In this document: positions 22,518-37,604 of the stretch, piece after piece | Position numbering within the stretch: position 1 is the first letter of the stretch | Layout of the letters: each line of letters begins with the position of its first letter | From: Tetramitus jugosus | Lineage: Eukaryota > Protista > Heterolobosea | Assembly (NCBI GenBank): GCA_937625935.1 | Contig: OW569352.1 | Location: 434,001-498,000, forward strand | Length of the DNA: 64,000 nt | Direction: 5' to 3' | Notes under the pieces: model-generated | The model's input: only the letters and a program-made list of their open reading frames with translations | Database searches by the model: none | What the model was told of the DNA's origin: nothing | Made by a program: the position numbers and the translations under genes

Positions 22518-25265
22518 ATGAACAACAGCCCTCTTGTCATGAGCTCCAAAGAACAGATGGATGAGAACGAGCCAGCTCAACGTCCAGAGAGCAACTGGGA
22601 GCCTGAACAAGCTGAAACAACAAACGAGGTAAAAAAGAAAAAGGTAAAGAGGAAGAGAAGGAAAAAACGATCAGCAGTTGATGCTTCAGAAGCGCCAGTC
22701 CCAGTATCTTCTGATACTACTATTCACGAACATCAAACTGTTGAGAACAATGATGCAGAACATGATAGTATTGAAGCAGTTCAGGATATTCCGCAACCGG
22801 CGATGAATGATGGCGTTTCCAATACTTCAAGTGCAGAGGTGAACAGTATCGATTCTAGTCGTGTTCTTATGAGAAATAACACCCCGACCCGTAACTACTC
22901 GAACAATAACCAGACGCTGAGACGAACCTATCTATCTTTGAAAAGAAGCTTAGTGACTTACTTTTCTTCAGGAAGAATGCTTGAACCGAGAATGCAATCG
23001 AGCACGATTAAACACGAATTATTCAATAATGGCGAAATGTTGAGTTACATCAGTGATCCAGTGATGTCTGTGAAGATAATTAAGGCAGATCAATTGCATC
23101 TAAGTTCGAAAGTGTTTTACCCCATGGTTAAAGTGTCGATCGTCGATACGAATACCGGAAGATTGATTCAATTAAGTGATTTGAGAAAAGGGTCAAACAA
23201 GTTTGAATTATCTAAAAATGGTTCACAGGATTACGCCATTGCTCCCGTGATGACTGAAACGTATGATGTGCGGAAGGAAAGAAGTTTTAAACCTGTATGG
23301 AATGAAACATTAATTATCAACGAGAATTATCATGATCTGTTATCCGAGAATGTGTTATTTATGTTTGAACTGTTTGATAAGCGAAACATAACGTCAAATA
23401 TAGTGTCATTTAGTCGGATATCGTGGGGATTTTTGAAGCCAGTCAGCTCTTCTGGCAGAGCCAATACAGAATCTACGGTCAGAATTCAACTGTTTAAATA
23501 TCATGTGAGTATATCATCTCTCATACGGACTAAACTAAAAACGATCATACCTCCGGTTCGTTCTATCTTAACAGATCCCGCAGAAACTGGGTTTGAATTA
23601 TATGACTTATATACGAACCGAGACAACCTTCCTCTTTATCCTTCCACTCTTTATGTTAAACTTTCTGCCCGTGAACGAACGAAGAATGAAATGAAGAGTA
23701 AAAAATCTCTATCAAGTACTGACAGAGCTGATCGCGAAGCACTGGATCAAATGGTACAGGTGGATGAAACTTCTGAGGAGGCAAAACAAAAAGACTTGGA
23801 AAGAAGAAGACGACGACAAGAGATAAAGCGTCGAAAACTTAAGCGAGAGAGGAATCAGAAGTGCGAGATACCTGATAAACTCCTCCATCAGTTTGATTCG
23901 GGAGCCAAGGGATGTCTTAGTGTGCAATTTTCAAATGAAGGGCGGTATTTAGCAGCGGGGTGCTGTCATTCTTCTGTCTATTCAACTGTAAAGATCTTCG
24001 ATCTGTGGGATGGAAAATTAGCAGTTTCTTACTCTGGTCATAAGAATATCATATACAGTGTTGATTGGAGTCCTGATGACAAAGAATTAATCACTGCTTC
24101 GTCAGACTGCACTGTCAAAATATGGAATGCTAAGATATCCAAAGGGAATACGAAGCTTAAAGCCAACAGCGAGATACTGCAACATTCCTCATTCGTGTAT
24201 GTGGCAAAGTATCACCCGATATCAGAGAAGACTCGATTAATTATTACAGGAAGTTTTGATCGTAAAATCCGAATTTGGAATCGAGAGACGAAAACAATAA
24301 TGAACGAGCTTGTAGGACATATGGGGAGAGTGAACAGTATATCATTCACTCCTGATGGCACAAAAATGTTCTCTGCTGATGCAACAGGAGTCATCAAGTT
24401 GTGGGGCTGTCGCTTATCAAAAGATGCCACCGAGCAAGATATCAAGGATTCCTTCACGCTCCTTCGAACAATAGAGAATGACAATATTTTGGGGAGTTCA
24501 TTGTCTACCATACTTGTAGATCCAAACTATGGACAAGAAAGACTCATTGTTCATTCTCAAGATAATATGATCCGTCGGATAGAAGCATTCAAGAAATCAG
24601 TGGCGAATTGTTACTCGGGAGTGAAGCACTCTCTAAATGCTCAAAAGTGCAACATCAGTCCATGTGGATCATACATTGTCTCTGGGTCTGACACCGGAAG
24701 AGTATTCTATTGGGATGTAGAAACATCAAAGCTCGTTCATGCGGAGGGTAAGGATTATCAATTTAAGAATTCTCCAGTGTACAATATCGCATGGAGTAGT
24801 AAGGAACACCTGGTGGCATTTTGTTCGTTTGGAGGAAGTGATCCCATCAGGGTATATGCTCACGAGAAAAAGGGTGAAGATGTGTCACAGGACATGCATG
24901 ACATGCAGAGTATGAACGGTAATTTTGCTTACGACGACATAACAAAAGCGTCATATACGAGAATGCCCACAATGAATGCCTCACTCAGACCAATAATGTT
25001 CCCTCCAACACGGAGTACAGGTTCCCTATCCCCTCGGCCCAGTTCTCTCTTGGGTTCACATGTTCCACGAATCGAAACACCATCACCAAACCAAGTGAGT
25101 GGCTTATCGAGGCCTGAAACACCACCTGGCATTACAATCTCCTCATCAGGTTTCACAAGACCAAGAACACCACTAATCCCCAATCCCCTAACACTCCCAC
25201 CACAATCAAGAACGACATCATCATCATCGTCATCATCAAGCTCATCCCAACCACAACAACATTAG
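22518..25265 (+). CDS. AHI1: Jouberin/AHI1-like ciliary transition-zone protein (C2-like domain + WD40)
   Basis: PVMTETYD..PVWNETLIINE..FELFD..ISWGFLK..RIQLF..YPSTLYV followed by WD40 repeats (QHSSFVYVAKYHP, CNISPCGS). Confidence 0.85.
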   Translation: MNNSPLVMSSKEQMDENEPAQRPESNWEPEQAETTNEVKKKKVKRKRRKKRSAVDASEAPVPVSSDTTIHEHQTVENNDAEHDSIEAVQDIPQPAMNDGVSNTSSAEVNSIDSSRVLMRNNTPTRNYSNNNQTLRRTYLSLKRSLVTYFSSGRMLEPRMQSSTIKHELFNNGEMLSYISDPVMSVKIIKADQLHLSSKVFYPMVKVSIVDTNTGRLIQLSDLRKGSNKFELSKNGSQDYAIAPVMTETYDVRKERSFKPVWNETLIINENYHDLLSENVLFMFELFDKRNITSNIVSFSRISWGFLKPVSSSGRANTESTVRIQLFKYHVSISSLIRTKLKTIIPPVRSILTDPAETGFELYDLYTNRDNLPLYPSTLYVKLSARERTKNEMKSKKSLSSTDRADREALDQMVQVDETSEEAKQKDLERRRRRQEIKRRKLKRERNQKCEIPDKLLHQFDSGAKGCLSVQFSNEGRYLAAGCCHSSVYSTVKIFDLWDGKLAVSYSGHKNIIYSVDWSPDDKELITASSDCTVKIWNAKISKGNTKLKANSEILQHSSFVYVAKYHPISEKTRLIITGSFDRKIRIWNRETKTIMNELVGHMGRVNSISFTPDGTKMFSADATGVIKLWGCRLSKDATEQDIKDSFTLLRTIENDNILGSSLSTILVDPNYGQERLIVHSQDNMIRRIEAFKKSVANCYSGVKHSLNAQKCNISPCGSYIVSGSDTGRVFYWDVETSKLVHAEGKDYQFKNSPVYNIAWSSKEHLVAFCSFGGSDPIRVYAHEKKGEDVSQDMHDMQSMNGNFAYDDITKASYTRMPTMNASLRPIMFPPTRSTGSLSPRPSSLLGSHVPRIETPSPNQVSGLSRPETPPGITISSSGFTRPRTPLIPNPLTLPPQSRTTSSSSSSSSSSQPQQH

Positions 25266-25580
25266 GTCCGTCATCACATACGAACTGAAGACTTCATCAA
25301 CTCCACCATTATACAACTCAACCACACAAATGAACTAACTCATGTTTGTTTCAATATAAATAAAAAACTCTAATATTTATACTCTGAATAAATGACTTGA
25401 ACTCCACACATCGACGTAGTCTCACACACAAGGTCACGTGTGTCACAATTTTTGTAAAATAAATTAAGAATCTACACTCGCTCTCTCTCTCTCTCAGCAG
25501 AACCAACAAATAAACAACAATCATCATCATCATCATCGTCATCATCCATGCATCTCGAGAAAAATGTTCGCTCGGTAAAA

Positions 25581-26467
25581 TCAATGCGCAGATCTCTTTT
25601 GTTTCATTGACTGTACAATCATGTTGAATGCGGCTTCAATATTCTCCCCGTTCAATGCAGAAACTTCCATCGTTTCATACTCTCCCAACGTTTTCACATC
25701 ATCTGATTGCACTTGTCTCACTTCTTCCATATCGGACTTATTTCCCAATATAATAAGACTCAATTGATCCTCATCTGGTGCATATGATTTAATGTCTTCC
25801 AACCACTTTTTCACATTGTCAAAACTGGCACGCGATGTAACTAATATTGTTGTTTGTTGTTATCGTTTGTTAAAAAAATGCAAACATGAATTTAAAAAAA
25901 ATTGTTGAATGACATCTGCACACAGACAGACACAATGAAAAAAACAAACACGTACTATCATACACAACAATAATGCCATGACAACCTCTATAGTATGTCG
26001 AAGTAATTGTGCTATATCTCTCTTGACCAGCCGTATCCCACACTTGAATCCGATCTCCATTCACATTCTTGACCTTGAAATCCACTCCTACAAGAAATGA
26101 AATGACACACAAGAAGACGGAAAAAAAAAAGTGAGTCTCAAAAAAAAAATTGTTGTTTTTGTTGCACATCATGACAAAAAAAAACAGAACACTTACCAAT
26201 GGTTGCAATATAATTGTTACCAAATGTTTCATCGACCCACCGACTCGATATACTTGTTTTTCCTACAGAAGCATCACCAATCATGAGAATTTTGTAAACG
26301 TTGGACCTTTTTTGACTACTGCTGTTACTCATGCCTGAATTGTTGTCATTGCTGTTGTTGTTGTTGTTGTTGTTATCATAGGAATTGTTGTTTGCATCGA
26401 GAACGTTGAGTTGGTTACTGTTGTTGTTATGGTTGTTGTTGTGTTCTTTGGAATTACCGCAACCCAT
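25581..26467 (-). CDS. Rab-like small GTPase with N-terminal MGC motif; 3 exons (26467-26197, 26087-25956, 25840-25581), 220 aa
   Basis: [38 protein letters not shown] joined in frame by two GT-AG introns. Confidence 0.9.
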
Positions 26468-26803
26468 TGTGTCCTTCTTATTCTTCTTATTCTTTAGTTC
26501 GTGTTTGTTTTTTTCTAGTTTTGTTGAACAAAGCTTCGATTGGTATTGGGGAGTAAGGACTTTCGGATTTTGACGGTTGATAGCCCTCCTTGGCAGCAAT
26601 CACCTTCAAGTCGGGGCAAATTGAAATAGAGCTCTGGGGTCTGGACTGAATGCACACTTACTGGCAGAAGTATCGACAAGAACTAGACCAAGTTTCGCTC
26701 CTCTGAGGATTGATATTGCTGGCTCATGTGGTCTTCCGAATGTTCATCTTTGCATCGGACTCTGCTCCATTGGCCAAAAAACTTTAAAAGAAAAAGAGCG
26801 AAC

Positions 26804-27154
26804 ATGAAACATTCCAGCAGCAATAGCAATAACAACAACAATGGACCACTTCCTCTGGTTCACAAGTTGTACATTGAGACTGAACCATCCCAAAACGTCA
26901 ATAATGGTGCTTCACAACAACAACAACCATCATCCTTCCATCAATTGTGTTACATGCGAAGGAAGCCAACAACAGAAGGCAGCAATTCTTCGTTTGTACC
27001 GAGTTCGGTCTCCGCTGCTGACATGATCAAGATTATGGACCAACAAGATCCAAACAGACACGTCTTTTTATCCATCCCGGATCAGACATCAACTGGTAGT
27101 GATGAACAAGAACAACAAGAACAGGAACCATCAAAATTAACCAAACAATCCTAA
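26804..27154 (+). CDS. Small hypothetical protein
   Basis: 116-aa ATG ORF with Q/N-rich composition like neighbouring genes; no motif. Confidence 0.45.
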   Translation: MKHSSSNSNNNNNGPLPLVHKLYIETEPSQNVNNGASQQQQPSSFHQLCYMRRKPTTEGSNSSFVPSSVSAADMIKIMDQQDPNRHVFLSIPDQTSTGSDEQEQQEQEPSKLTKQS

Positions 27155-27398
27155 GATCAGTTCACACAACAAATGGATGGACAAGATGATCAATTAGCGT
27201 TGCAAAGTCGTTAATTCATACTCTATAGAGGTGAATCATGCATGATAATCAGAGCTTGAACAGAAGAAAACACAAGAAAAGCAAGCTCGTACTCAAACAA
27301 AACATGCATCAAAAGCAAGTATCAATCCAACAATGACAGATTGACCACACAACAAGAACAACAGTAACAAATTGAAACAAAAGCCAAAAAATGAATTC

Positions 27399-27947
27399 TT
27401 AGCGTCTATTCTGCAATGTTTGCACCAACCAGTCCATTCCATCCTTGAGTCCTGTTCCCTGTATGGCACTCGTCTTAAAAATAGTCCACTGTCTGTTCTT
27501 GATCTTTGATAAACAGAGTTCCTTGCTGACTTCTTCCACAGTCATTGCTCCTTCAACGTCTTGCTTGTTGGCAAACACGAGTAGAATCGAATCTTGCAAT
27601 TCCTTCTCATCCAACATGGCAAACAACTCTTTTTTAGCAATACCCATTCTCTCTCGATCGGAACTATCAATGACATAAATGATGGCATCCGTGTTGGCAT
27701 AGTAACATCTCCAATAGGGTCGAATACTCGTTTGACCTCCGAGATCCCACACTTGTAGCTTTACATTGTTGTAAGTGATACTCTCAACGTTGAATCCAAT
27801 GGTAGGAATCGTTTTGACCACTTCTCCGACTTGCAACATGTGAAGTATCGTAGTCTTTCCTGCATTGTTGAGTCCTAGGATCAGAATACGAACTTCTTGT
27901 TCGAAACTGAAGAGTGATTTGAAGAGATTGGAAAAGTAACTGCCCAT
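27399..27947 (-). CDS. ARL1: ADP-ribosylation factor-like GTPase Arl1
   Basis: MG start, [34 protein letters not shown]. Confidence 0.95.
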   Translation of the reverse strand: MGSYFSNLFKSLFSFEQEVRILILGLNNAGKTTILHMLQVGEVVKTIPTIGFNVESITYNNVKLQVWDLGGQTSIRPYWRCYYANTDAIIYVIDSSDRERMGIAKKELFAMLDEKELQDSILLVFANKQDVEGAMTVEEVSKELCLSKIKNRQWTIFKTSAIQGTGLKDGMDWLVQTLQNRR

Positions 27948-28210
27948 TTTTTTTTCAATATATATGTTATATGTACAGTGCGATTGTTGATGTTGATGTT
28001 GATGATGTTACTTTTTGTTTGTTGTTGTTTGATCGCAATGGAAAAAGAAGAATCGTGGTTTTTTTCTGTTCTCTGTTCGAACAAAATCGAAATGACGAAG
28101 GAGAAGCACGTGTGCCCGACCCAATATTCCGATTCGTTCGGAAAAACACTCATTTTCCCTCCAAGTGAAAAAAAACAAAAACTGCATCCAACAAATTCAT
28201 CACAAAGAAG

Positions 28211-29548
28211 ATGTTCAAAAGAATAGTGCTGAACAACAAGAATCACAACAAAGCACTGTTGTACCAACAACTCAACAACTCTTTTGCTATCCACAATGCC
28301 ACAAAACAATCATCACTATTTGCTCAATTGGCCCTTGCTCATCGCAACCAACAACAACAACATCGATTTTACTCTGCGACAGCCTCTACTGCCGCTACAG
28401 CAACAACAGCTACAACAACAGCTTCAACAACAATGACCAGTCCAAGTCCAGTTGCAGCCTCCATTCCAGTCTCTCAGACACCAGTGAATACTCCGACAGC
28501 AGCAGAGTCATTGCTTTCTCCATCGTCTGCTAGAATGAACAACAACAACAGTAGCACTCCATTGCCACTCCAGGATCACATGAAAGACTTGGATGCTTCA
28601 CTAGATGCACTTGTAGAGAGTCAATTTGAAGAAGCTGAAAATTTGATGGACTCGTTCATCACTGCCATCTCACCTGCACGTTACTTGACCGAGTTTATGA
28701 CTGCAATTCACGATACGACTGGACTACCATGGTGGTTGACCATTGCAGCTACTGCGTTCATGGCCAGAGTAGCCATGGTTAAACTCAATATTAACACGAC
28801 AAAGTTTAGTATGAACAAGGCTGCTCACATACAATCAGAGAAGAAACTAATGGAAAGAGTGAGAAATGCTGTGACGACAGAGGAGCGTGTCGAAGCGAGT
28901 CACTCTCTCAGAGAGTTTAAGCAAAAGCACGGTATTGAAGATTGGAGAATGTTTAGTTCATTCCTACAATTCCCAGTGTTTATCACATTTTTGTACACGT
29001 TGAGACAAATGGCTCAGTTGGACCCTTCGATGACCGCTGGTGGATTTTTGTGGTTCCATGATTTGTCTCAAGTGGATCCCTATATGGTTCTACCCATTTT
29101 GTCTGCTTGTACTCAGTTGTTGTCGTTTGAGGTCAATAATTTGAAGCGTTTCCAAGCCCCTGGAGCCACCACTTCCACTCCACAAGTGGTTCTCAAGTAT
29201 TTTATGAGATCGATTGCGATTTTGGGTATCTTTTTCACGAAAAATTTCCCTGCTGCCATGTTCATGTACTGGATTCCTAGCAATATCTTCATGATCATCT
29301 ACACCTACATAACAAAGACTGAATGGTTCAGAAACAAGTACAATATCCCAAAGCCTCAACTCCCTTCTGCCCAAGATGCAGTCTGGACCAAGAAGACGGA
29401 GGAAGTAACAAAGAAGAATGCAAAGAAGTTTTTGCCAAAGGTAATGTATGGAGCTCTATTCCCTGAGTCAGCTGCAGCTGCCAAGGAAGTCAAGGCATTC
29501 TCACAAAGGGACAGACAGTCAAAGGGTGCAGCACAAGTCAACAAGTAA
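28211..29548 (+). CDS. OXA1: Mitochondrial inner-membrane insertase Oxa1/YidC family
   Basis: Presequence; HDTTGLPWW, QFPVF, GGFLWFHDLSQVDPYMVLP, MYWIPSN. Confidence 0.92.
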   Translation: MFKRIVLNNKNHNKALLYQQLNNSFAIHNATKQSSLFAQLALAHRNQQQQHRFYSATASTAATATTATTTASTTMTSPSPVAASIPVSQTPVNTPTAAESLLSPSSARMNNNNSSTPLPLQDHMKDLDASLDALVESQFEEAENLMDSFITAISPARYLTEFMTAIHDTTGLPWWLTIAATAFMARVAMVKLNINTTKFSMNKAAHIQSEKKLMERVRNAVTTEERVEASHSLREFKQKHGIEDWRMFSSFLQFPVFITFLYTLRQMAQLDPSMTAGGFLWFHDLSQVDPYMVLPILSACTQLLSFEVNNLKRFQAPGATTSTPQVVLKYFMRSIAILGIFFTKNFPAAMFMYWIPSNIFMIIYTYITKTEWFRNKYNIPKPQLPSAQDAVWTKKTEEVTKKNAKKFLPKVMYGALFPESAAAAKEVKAFSQRDRQSKGAAQVNK

Positions 29549-29573
29549 AAGGTTTATCTTCAATTATTATTAT

Positions 29574-31079
29574 TTAGGTGTTTGCTAATTGATTGAGCTC
29601 CTGCAAACAAGCAGCGTCCATGAATGCAATACGTCGAGCACCAATCCTGCCTCTGCGAACTGATTGGATCCAGAGGTGAAACAATGCAGAAAGTTTGGAA
29701 TTTGTTCTTGTCTCGCATAGATGCTTCAAGAATTCGATTGCTTGTCGTTGCTGTGCTTGTCTTTGCATTCTCTGCTCTCGGCTGACCCAGGAGCTACTTT
29801 GCTGCACCAATTGCAGATGCATTGATATCCATGAGAAGCAATCCTTGATACAACTCTCGATACTGTAACCATTTTGTTGCATATATTGCCTCGTCTTATC
29901 ATTGAACCATTTCAATGTCGTTAGCAATGTATCTGTCACCATCAAGTGTAACCTTTGTTCCCAACTGTGCTGAACCTTGTCATTCACAGTGCTTCTACTA
30001 CTGGTACTGTGATTTGCTTCATTGTCCATTGCATGCTGTAATATCAATTGAACGAGAGACATGGCATGCTGCATATGGGTCAATATCGTCTCTTCCTCCG
30101 AATTAGGTAGCACTGGTTGATGAAACACGAGTGGTTCAGTCTTTTCTTCCACTTCGGTAGTTCCCTTCTTGCTTGTCTTTCGAACACCTCCAAACTCCTT
30201 TCTAGCTTTAGCACCACCAGCACTAGTGGCTGGTGCCTTATTTGCTTTACTGCTGGCGTCATGCTGCATAGATTGAATCAAGTGAATGATACCCATGTTT
30301 CGAATGAGTCGCACCAAAATACGATGACAAATAATCAAATCTGTCTGTAGTGTCGTCCACTTGTAAACTTTTTCATGCTTCAATTTGAGAAGCAATTCTG
30401 GTAAACAAACAATGTTTGCTTTCGCATCCAAGGTGTCTAATGGACTCAACGACGATGCCCTCTGAGTTTCTCCATACTTGTTCTCTATGCGATCCAAGTA
30501 CTCGCTCAACAAATTTGCATCTATACGAGAACTAAATGCCAATGACATGAATGAACTGCTGCTACTACTATCAACAACAGCACTGCTTTGATCACCCATC
30601 TTGGCATAATAATGACAAAAGTGATAAAAATACGGGACACTCGGTATTTGAATAGATTGTTCCATGAGAAACATTGTACACTCTCCATTCGGAGTCAGAG
30701 CTTGACTCTCATCCTGATTATTGTTGTTATAACCGACAAGAGCTTTTTCATTAGTTTCTAAGTGCACTAATTGTTGTTGAAACAACAGAGATCCAAACAA
30801 GTATTCAATCGAATTAAACCACACAAACAAATCCGTAATGTTCATCTCCTTCTTCTTCTTCTTCTGATCGTAGTTGTCATTTTCGTTGCTATTTTGCAAA
30901 ATGGTAGTGGTGTCAAGTGAAGAGAAAAAGTGACGAAACAGGGGTCGATTCTCATACTGAAACAAATCAACTTGAATGTCCCAAATTGATTGTTGTTGCT
31001 CTGTTTCCTTCTTGTTGCTTGGACGTCGTTTCTCATCTTTTGAGTTGCTGTTGTTGAGCCTTTGGTCCAATAGCTCCAT
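29574..31079 (-). CDS. Hypothetical alpha-helical protein
   Basis: About 500-aa open frame; first in-frame ATG at 31079; 5' end uncertain. Confidence 0.65.
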   Translation of the reverse strand: MELLDQRLNNSNSKDEKRRPSNKKETEQQQSIWDIQVDLFQYENRPLFRHFFSSLDTTTILQNSNENDNYDQKKKKKEMNITDLFVWFNSIEYLFGSLLFQQQLVHLETNEKALVGYNNNNQDESQALTPNGECTMFLMEQSIQIPSVPYFYHFCHYYAKMGDQSSAVVDSSSSSSFMSLAFSSRIDANLLSEYLDRIENKYGETQRASSLSPLDTLDAKANIVCLPELLLKLKHEKVYKWTTLQTDLIICHRILVRLIRNMGIIHLIQSMQHDASSKANKAPATSAGGAKARKEFGGVRKTSKKGTTEVEEKTEPLVFHQPVLPNSEEETILTHMQHAMSLVQLILQHAMDNEANHSTSSRSTVNDKVQHSWEQRLHLMVTDTLLTTLKWFNDKTRQYMQQNGYSIESCIKDCFSWISMHLQLVQQSSSWVSREQRMQRQAQQRQAIEFLKHLCETRTNSKLSALFHLWIQSVRRGRIGARRIAFMDAACLQELNQLANT

Positions 31080-31296
31080 CTCTCGAAGCCATTGTAGAAT
31101 GTGAAGTGCGCCAAAGTGCACCCTTGTTTGCGCAGCTAAATGGTGTCTCACAGTTTGTCGTTGTTGATGAATTGTCTCTCAAATTGTTGTGTTCTTGTGT
31201 GTTGATCAAAGTTTCTTCCACAATCACAAAAGAAGAGAAAAAAAAACAATCAAAGCGAACTTTGACACACGCGAATCAACACTGACAAGCACAGTC

Positions 31297-32235
31297 ATGT
31301 CGACAGCAACCAATTCAAGAGCACTGAACAGAGTGGACGATGATGAATTTGATGAGAAGGCATTCTTGGAACCCTCTTCTCAAGCACCATTCACCAACAA
31401 CAATCAAGATGCTGCCAGCAGTAGTAGTGATGACGAGCATAGTACCGGCGGTGGTGGACTCAGTGGCGATGAAGACAGTAATCAAGCATCAGACAGTGCA
31501 AGTGACGCTGGTGTGAGAAGTGACGAAGACGATGATGAAGATGAAGATGATGATGAGAGTGCGGATGAAGTAAATGATCGCAACAGAAATCAGTCAAAAA
31601 AGAGAAAACGTAGAGCAACGGACGAGGATGAGGACGATGATGAAGAAGACGATGATGATGATGACGATGATAGTGAAGATGAAGAGGGGAGCAGCAGCAA
31701 CAACAAGAAGAAGAGAAGAAACAAGAGCAGTAGCAATGGCGGTGGCTCTCAGAGTGTGATGATGAATCAGAGTCATGGTGGATTTTCGTTGCCTAGTGCC
31801 GTGTCGACCAAAGCTCTGGGTATCAAACGAGCGAGAATTGAAAAGGACGAAAGAGCTTTGAGAGAGGAGCGCGAAGAACAACAGAGACAGTTGGCACTGC
31901 TACAGCGGAGACAACAAGAAGCTGAACAAGTCAATATCCCACTGACAGTTGCCCAACAGGAGAGATATGATGTATACAAGACGACGACGTTTAACAAGCC
32001 AACTATTAAGAGAATTATTACACAAGTGGCAGGAGGCTCAACAGAGAAGCTGACTTTGATCGTTGCTGCCATTACAAAGCTGTATGTCGGTGATCTGACA
32101 GAGAATGCTCGGATTGTGATGAGAGAATGGGGAGAAACGGGTCCGATCCTACCTAAACATTTAAGGGAAGCGTACAGGAGGGTCAAGGCTCAATCGGCTA
32201 CTACCTCTTCGCGCTTGACCCTACGGAAGCTCTGA
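31297..32235 (+). CDS. TAF11: TFIID subunit TAF11 (histone fold) with acidic N-terminus
   Basis: QQERYDVYK..FNKPTIKR..TKLYVGDLTENA..GPILPKHLREAYRR. Confidence 0.9.
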   Translation: MSTATNSRALNRVDDDEFDEKAFLEPSSQAPFTNNNQDAASSSSDDEHSTGGGGLSGDEDSNQASDSASDAGVRSDEDDDEDEDDDESADEVNDRNRNQSKKRKRRATDEDEDDDEEDDDDDDDDSEDEEGSSSNNKKKRRNKSSSNGGGSQSVMMNQSHGGFSLPSAVSTKALGIKRARIEKDERALREEREEQQRQLALLQRRQQEAEQVNIPLTVAQQERYDVYKTTTFNKPTIKRIITQVAGGSTEKLTLIVAAITKLYVGDLTENARIVMREWGETGPILPKHLREAYRRVKAQSATTSSRLTLRKL

Positions 32236-32407
32236 GGAAAATTGGAGTTATTGTGGCACGAACGGTGGCGAAGCGTTGTTACTTTACAATCGATTTGTTG
32301 GTTGCAACTACGATTTTTTTTGAACTTTTCAAGAAAACTCACGGTTAACACACCCAAATCAAAGAACGCAAACTCACGCATTATTATTAAGGACAACTTG
32401 AAGAACA

Positions 32408-33125
32408 ATGGCAGAATACAAGATTAAGGTTATAGGCTCTGGAGGTGTTGGTAAATCAGCTCTGACTATCAAGTTTATTCAAAATACATTTGTTGAAAAG
32501 GTAAGTTTTTCATAATTCTTGCTGCTTTTTATTGAGATGATGGTCACATAGCTCACACTGTGTTGCTATAAACGAATAGTACGATCCAACCATTGAAGAC
32601 TCGTATAGAAAGCAAATTGATGTTGATGGTTCAGCTGTCATGCTCGACATTACTGATACTGCTGGCCAAGAGGAGTACGCTGAGATGAGAGATGAATTGT
32701 TGGGAGATGGTGATGGTTTCATCGTTGTTTACAGTATTACTGACCCAACTAGCTTTGAAGAAGTGTCCAACTTGTATGAAGCTATCCTCAAGACAAAGAA
32801 CAAGGATGAAGGTGTTCCTTGTATATTGGCTGGTAACAAGGTTGATATGGAGAACGATAGAGCTGTTCCAAAGGAGCACGGTGAGGATCAAGCTATGAAG
32901 ATGGGCAGCTTGTGCCGTTTCTTTGAAACATCTGCCAAGGCGGATCCATCCATCAACGTCAAGGAGATTTTTGAAGAGCTCGTCAGGCTCATTAACCAAA
33001 AGGACGGAGGAGTCAAGGAAGAAAATGAAACTCAAAAGACTTCTGGTGAAAAGAAGGAAAATGCTTCACCTGCTGCCACAACCAAAAAAACAGAGAAAAA
33101 GAAGAAGCCTTGCTCCATTTTGTAA
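32408..33125 (+). CDS. Ras/Rap-family small GTPase; 2 exons (32408-32500, 32580-33125), 212 aa
   Basis: [39 protein letters not shown], polybasic stretch + CSIL CaaX; GTAAGT..TAG intron. Confidence 0.95.
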
Positions 33126-33291
33126 ATCATAAACTCCGCTTATTTCTTCCAGTGATTTTTCGAATGGCGCCAAGAACTTTTTCGTTACACAAAATCCTCG
33201 AAAAAAAATTTCGTGCCCAACAAACAACACAACAATACAACATTATTCCACTCCACCAGAACTCCATCAGCACACAAACACCTCTTCCTGA

Positions 33292-37114
<3,823 letters not shown>

Positions 37115-37604
37115 GCAAGATGTGAAGTGCTGACGTCATATGTTCCCATTCACTTATTTATCCTGAATAAATGTAACATAGATTTCTTTCCCTCTGCAGT
37201 CGGGGTTTATTATTTTTTTTCGCTGCCGGATCGTGTCGTCTCGCAAGTGAGATCCTCACGTCGGATCATTCTCCACCTGTCACGTGTCAGAAAAAAAACT
37301 GTTCCCTCCAAGATACCGGCATTTACAAGGAAAATTCAAAGTCCACATTTCACCAGTCTACAATTACTTGACCAAAAACAAACGAAGTCGAAAGGAGAAA
37401 TTAGCGCTTACAACCGTCAGGAGTCCAAAAGAACAAAAGCGCCAAACTCGTTCTGGGTTACTGCGACGATATCCCTCTGGAACGTGAAAAAGCTCTCATT
37501 CATTGAAAAACGAAAAAAAACATCGTCACGTGCCACACCACCACCAACCACGACATCTCTCAAAAATAATATCACAACCATCGTTGTAGTTATCGTCATA
37601 CACT

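Noticed and set aside
2110-31680. Numerous (CAT/GAT)n and (CAA/TTG)n tracts and the short Met- or Leu-rich ORFs they generate in other frames
   Set aside because: They are coding microsatellites for poly-Asp/Gln/Asn/Ser/Thr; the alternative-frame ORFs are artefacts
4293-33125. Four small GTPases (Ran, Rab-like, Arl1, Ras) within 29 kb as a functional cluster
   Set aside because: They belong to different families and are interspersed with unrelated genes; plausible by chance in a gene-dense genome
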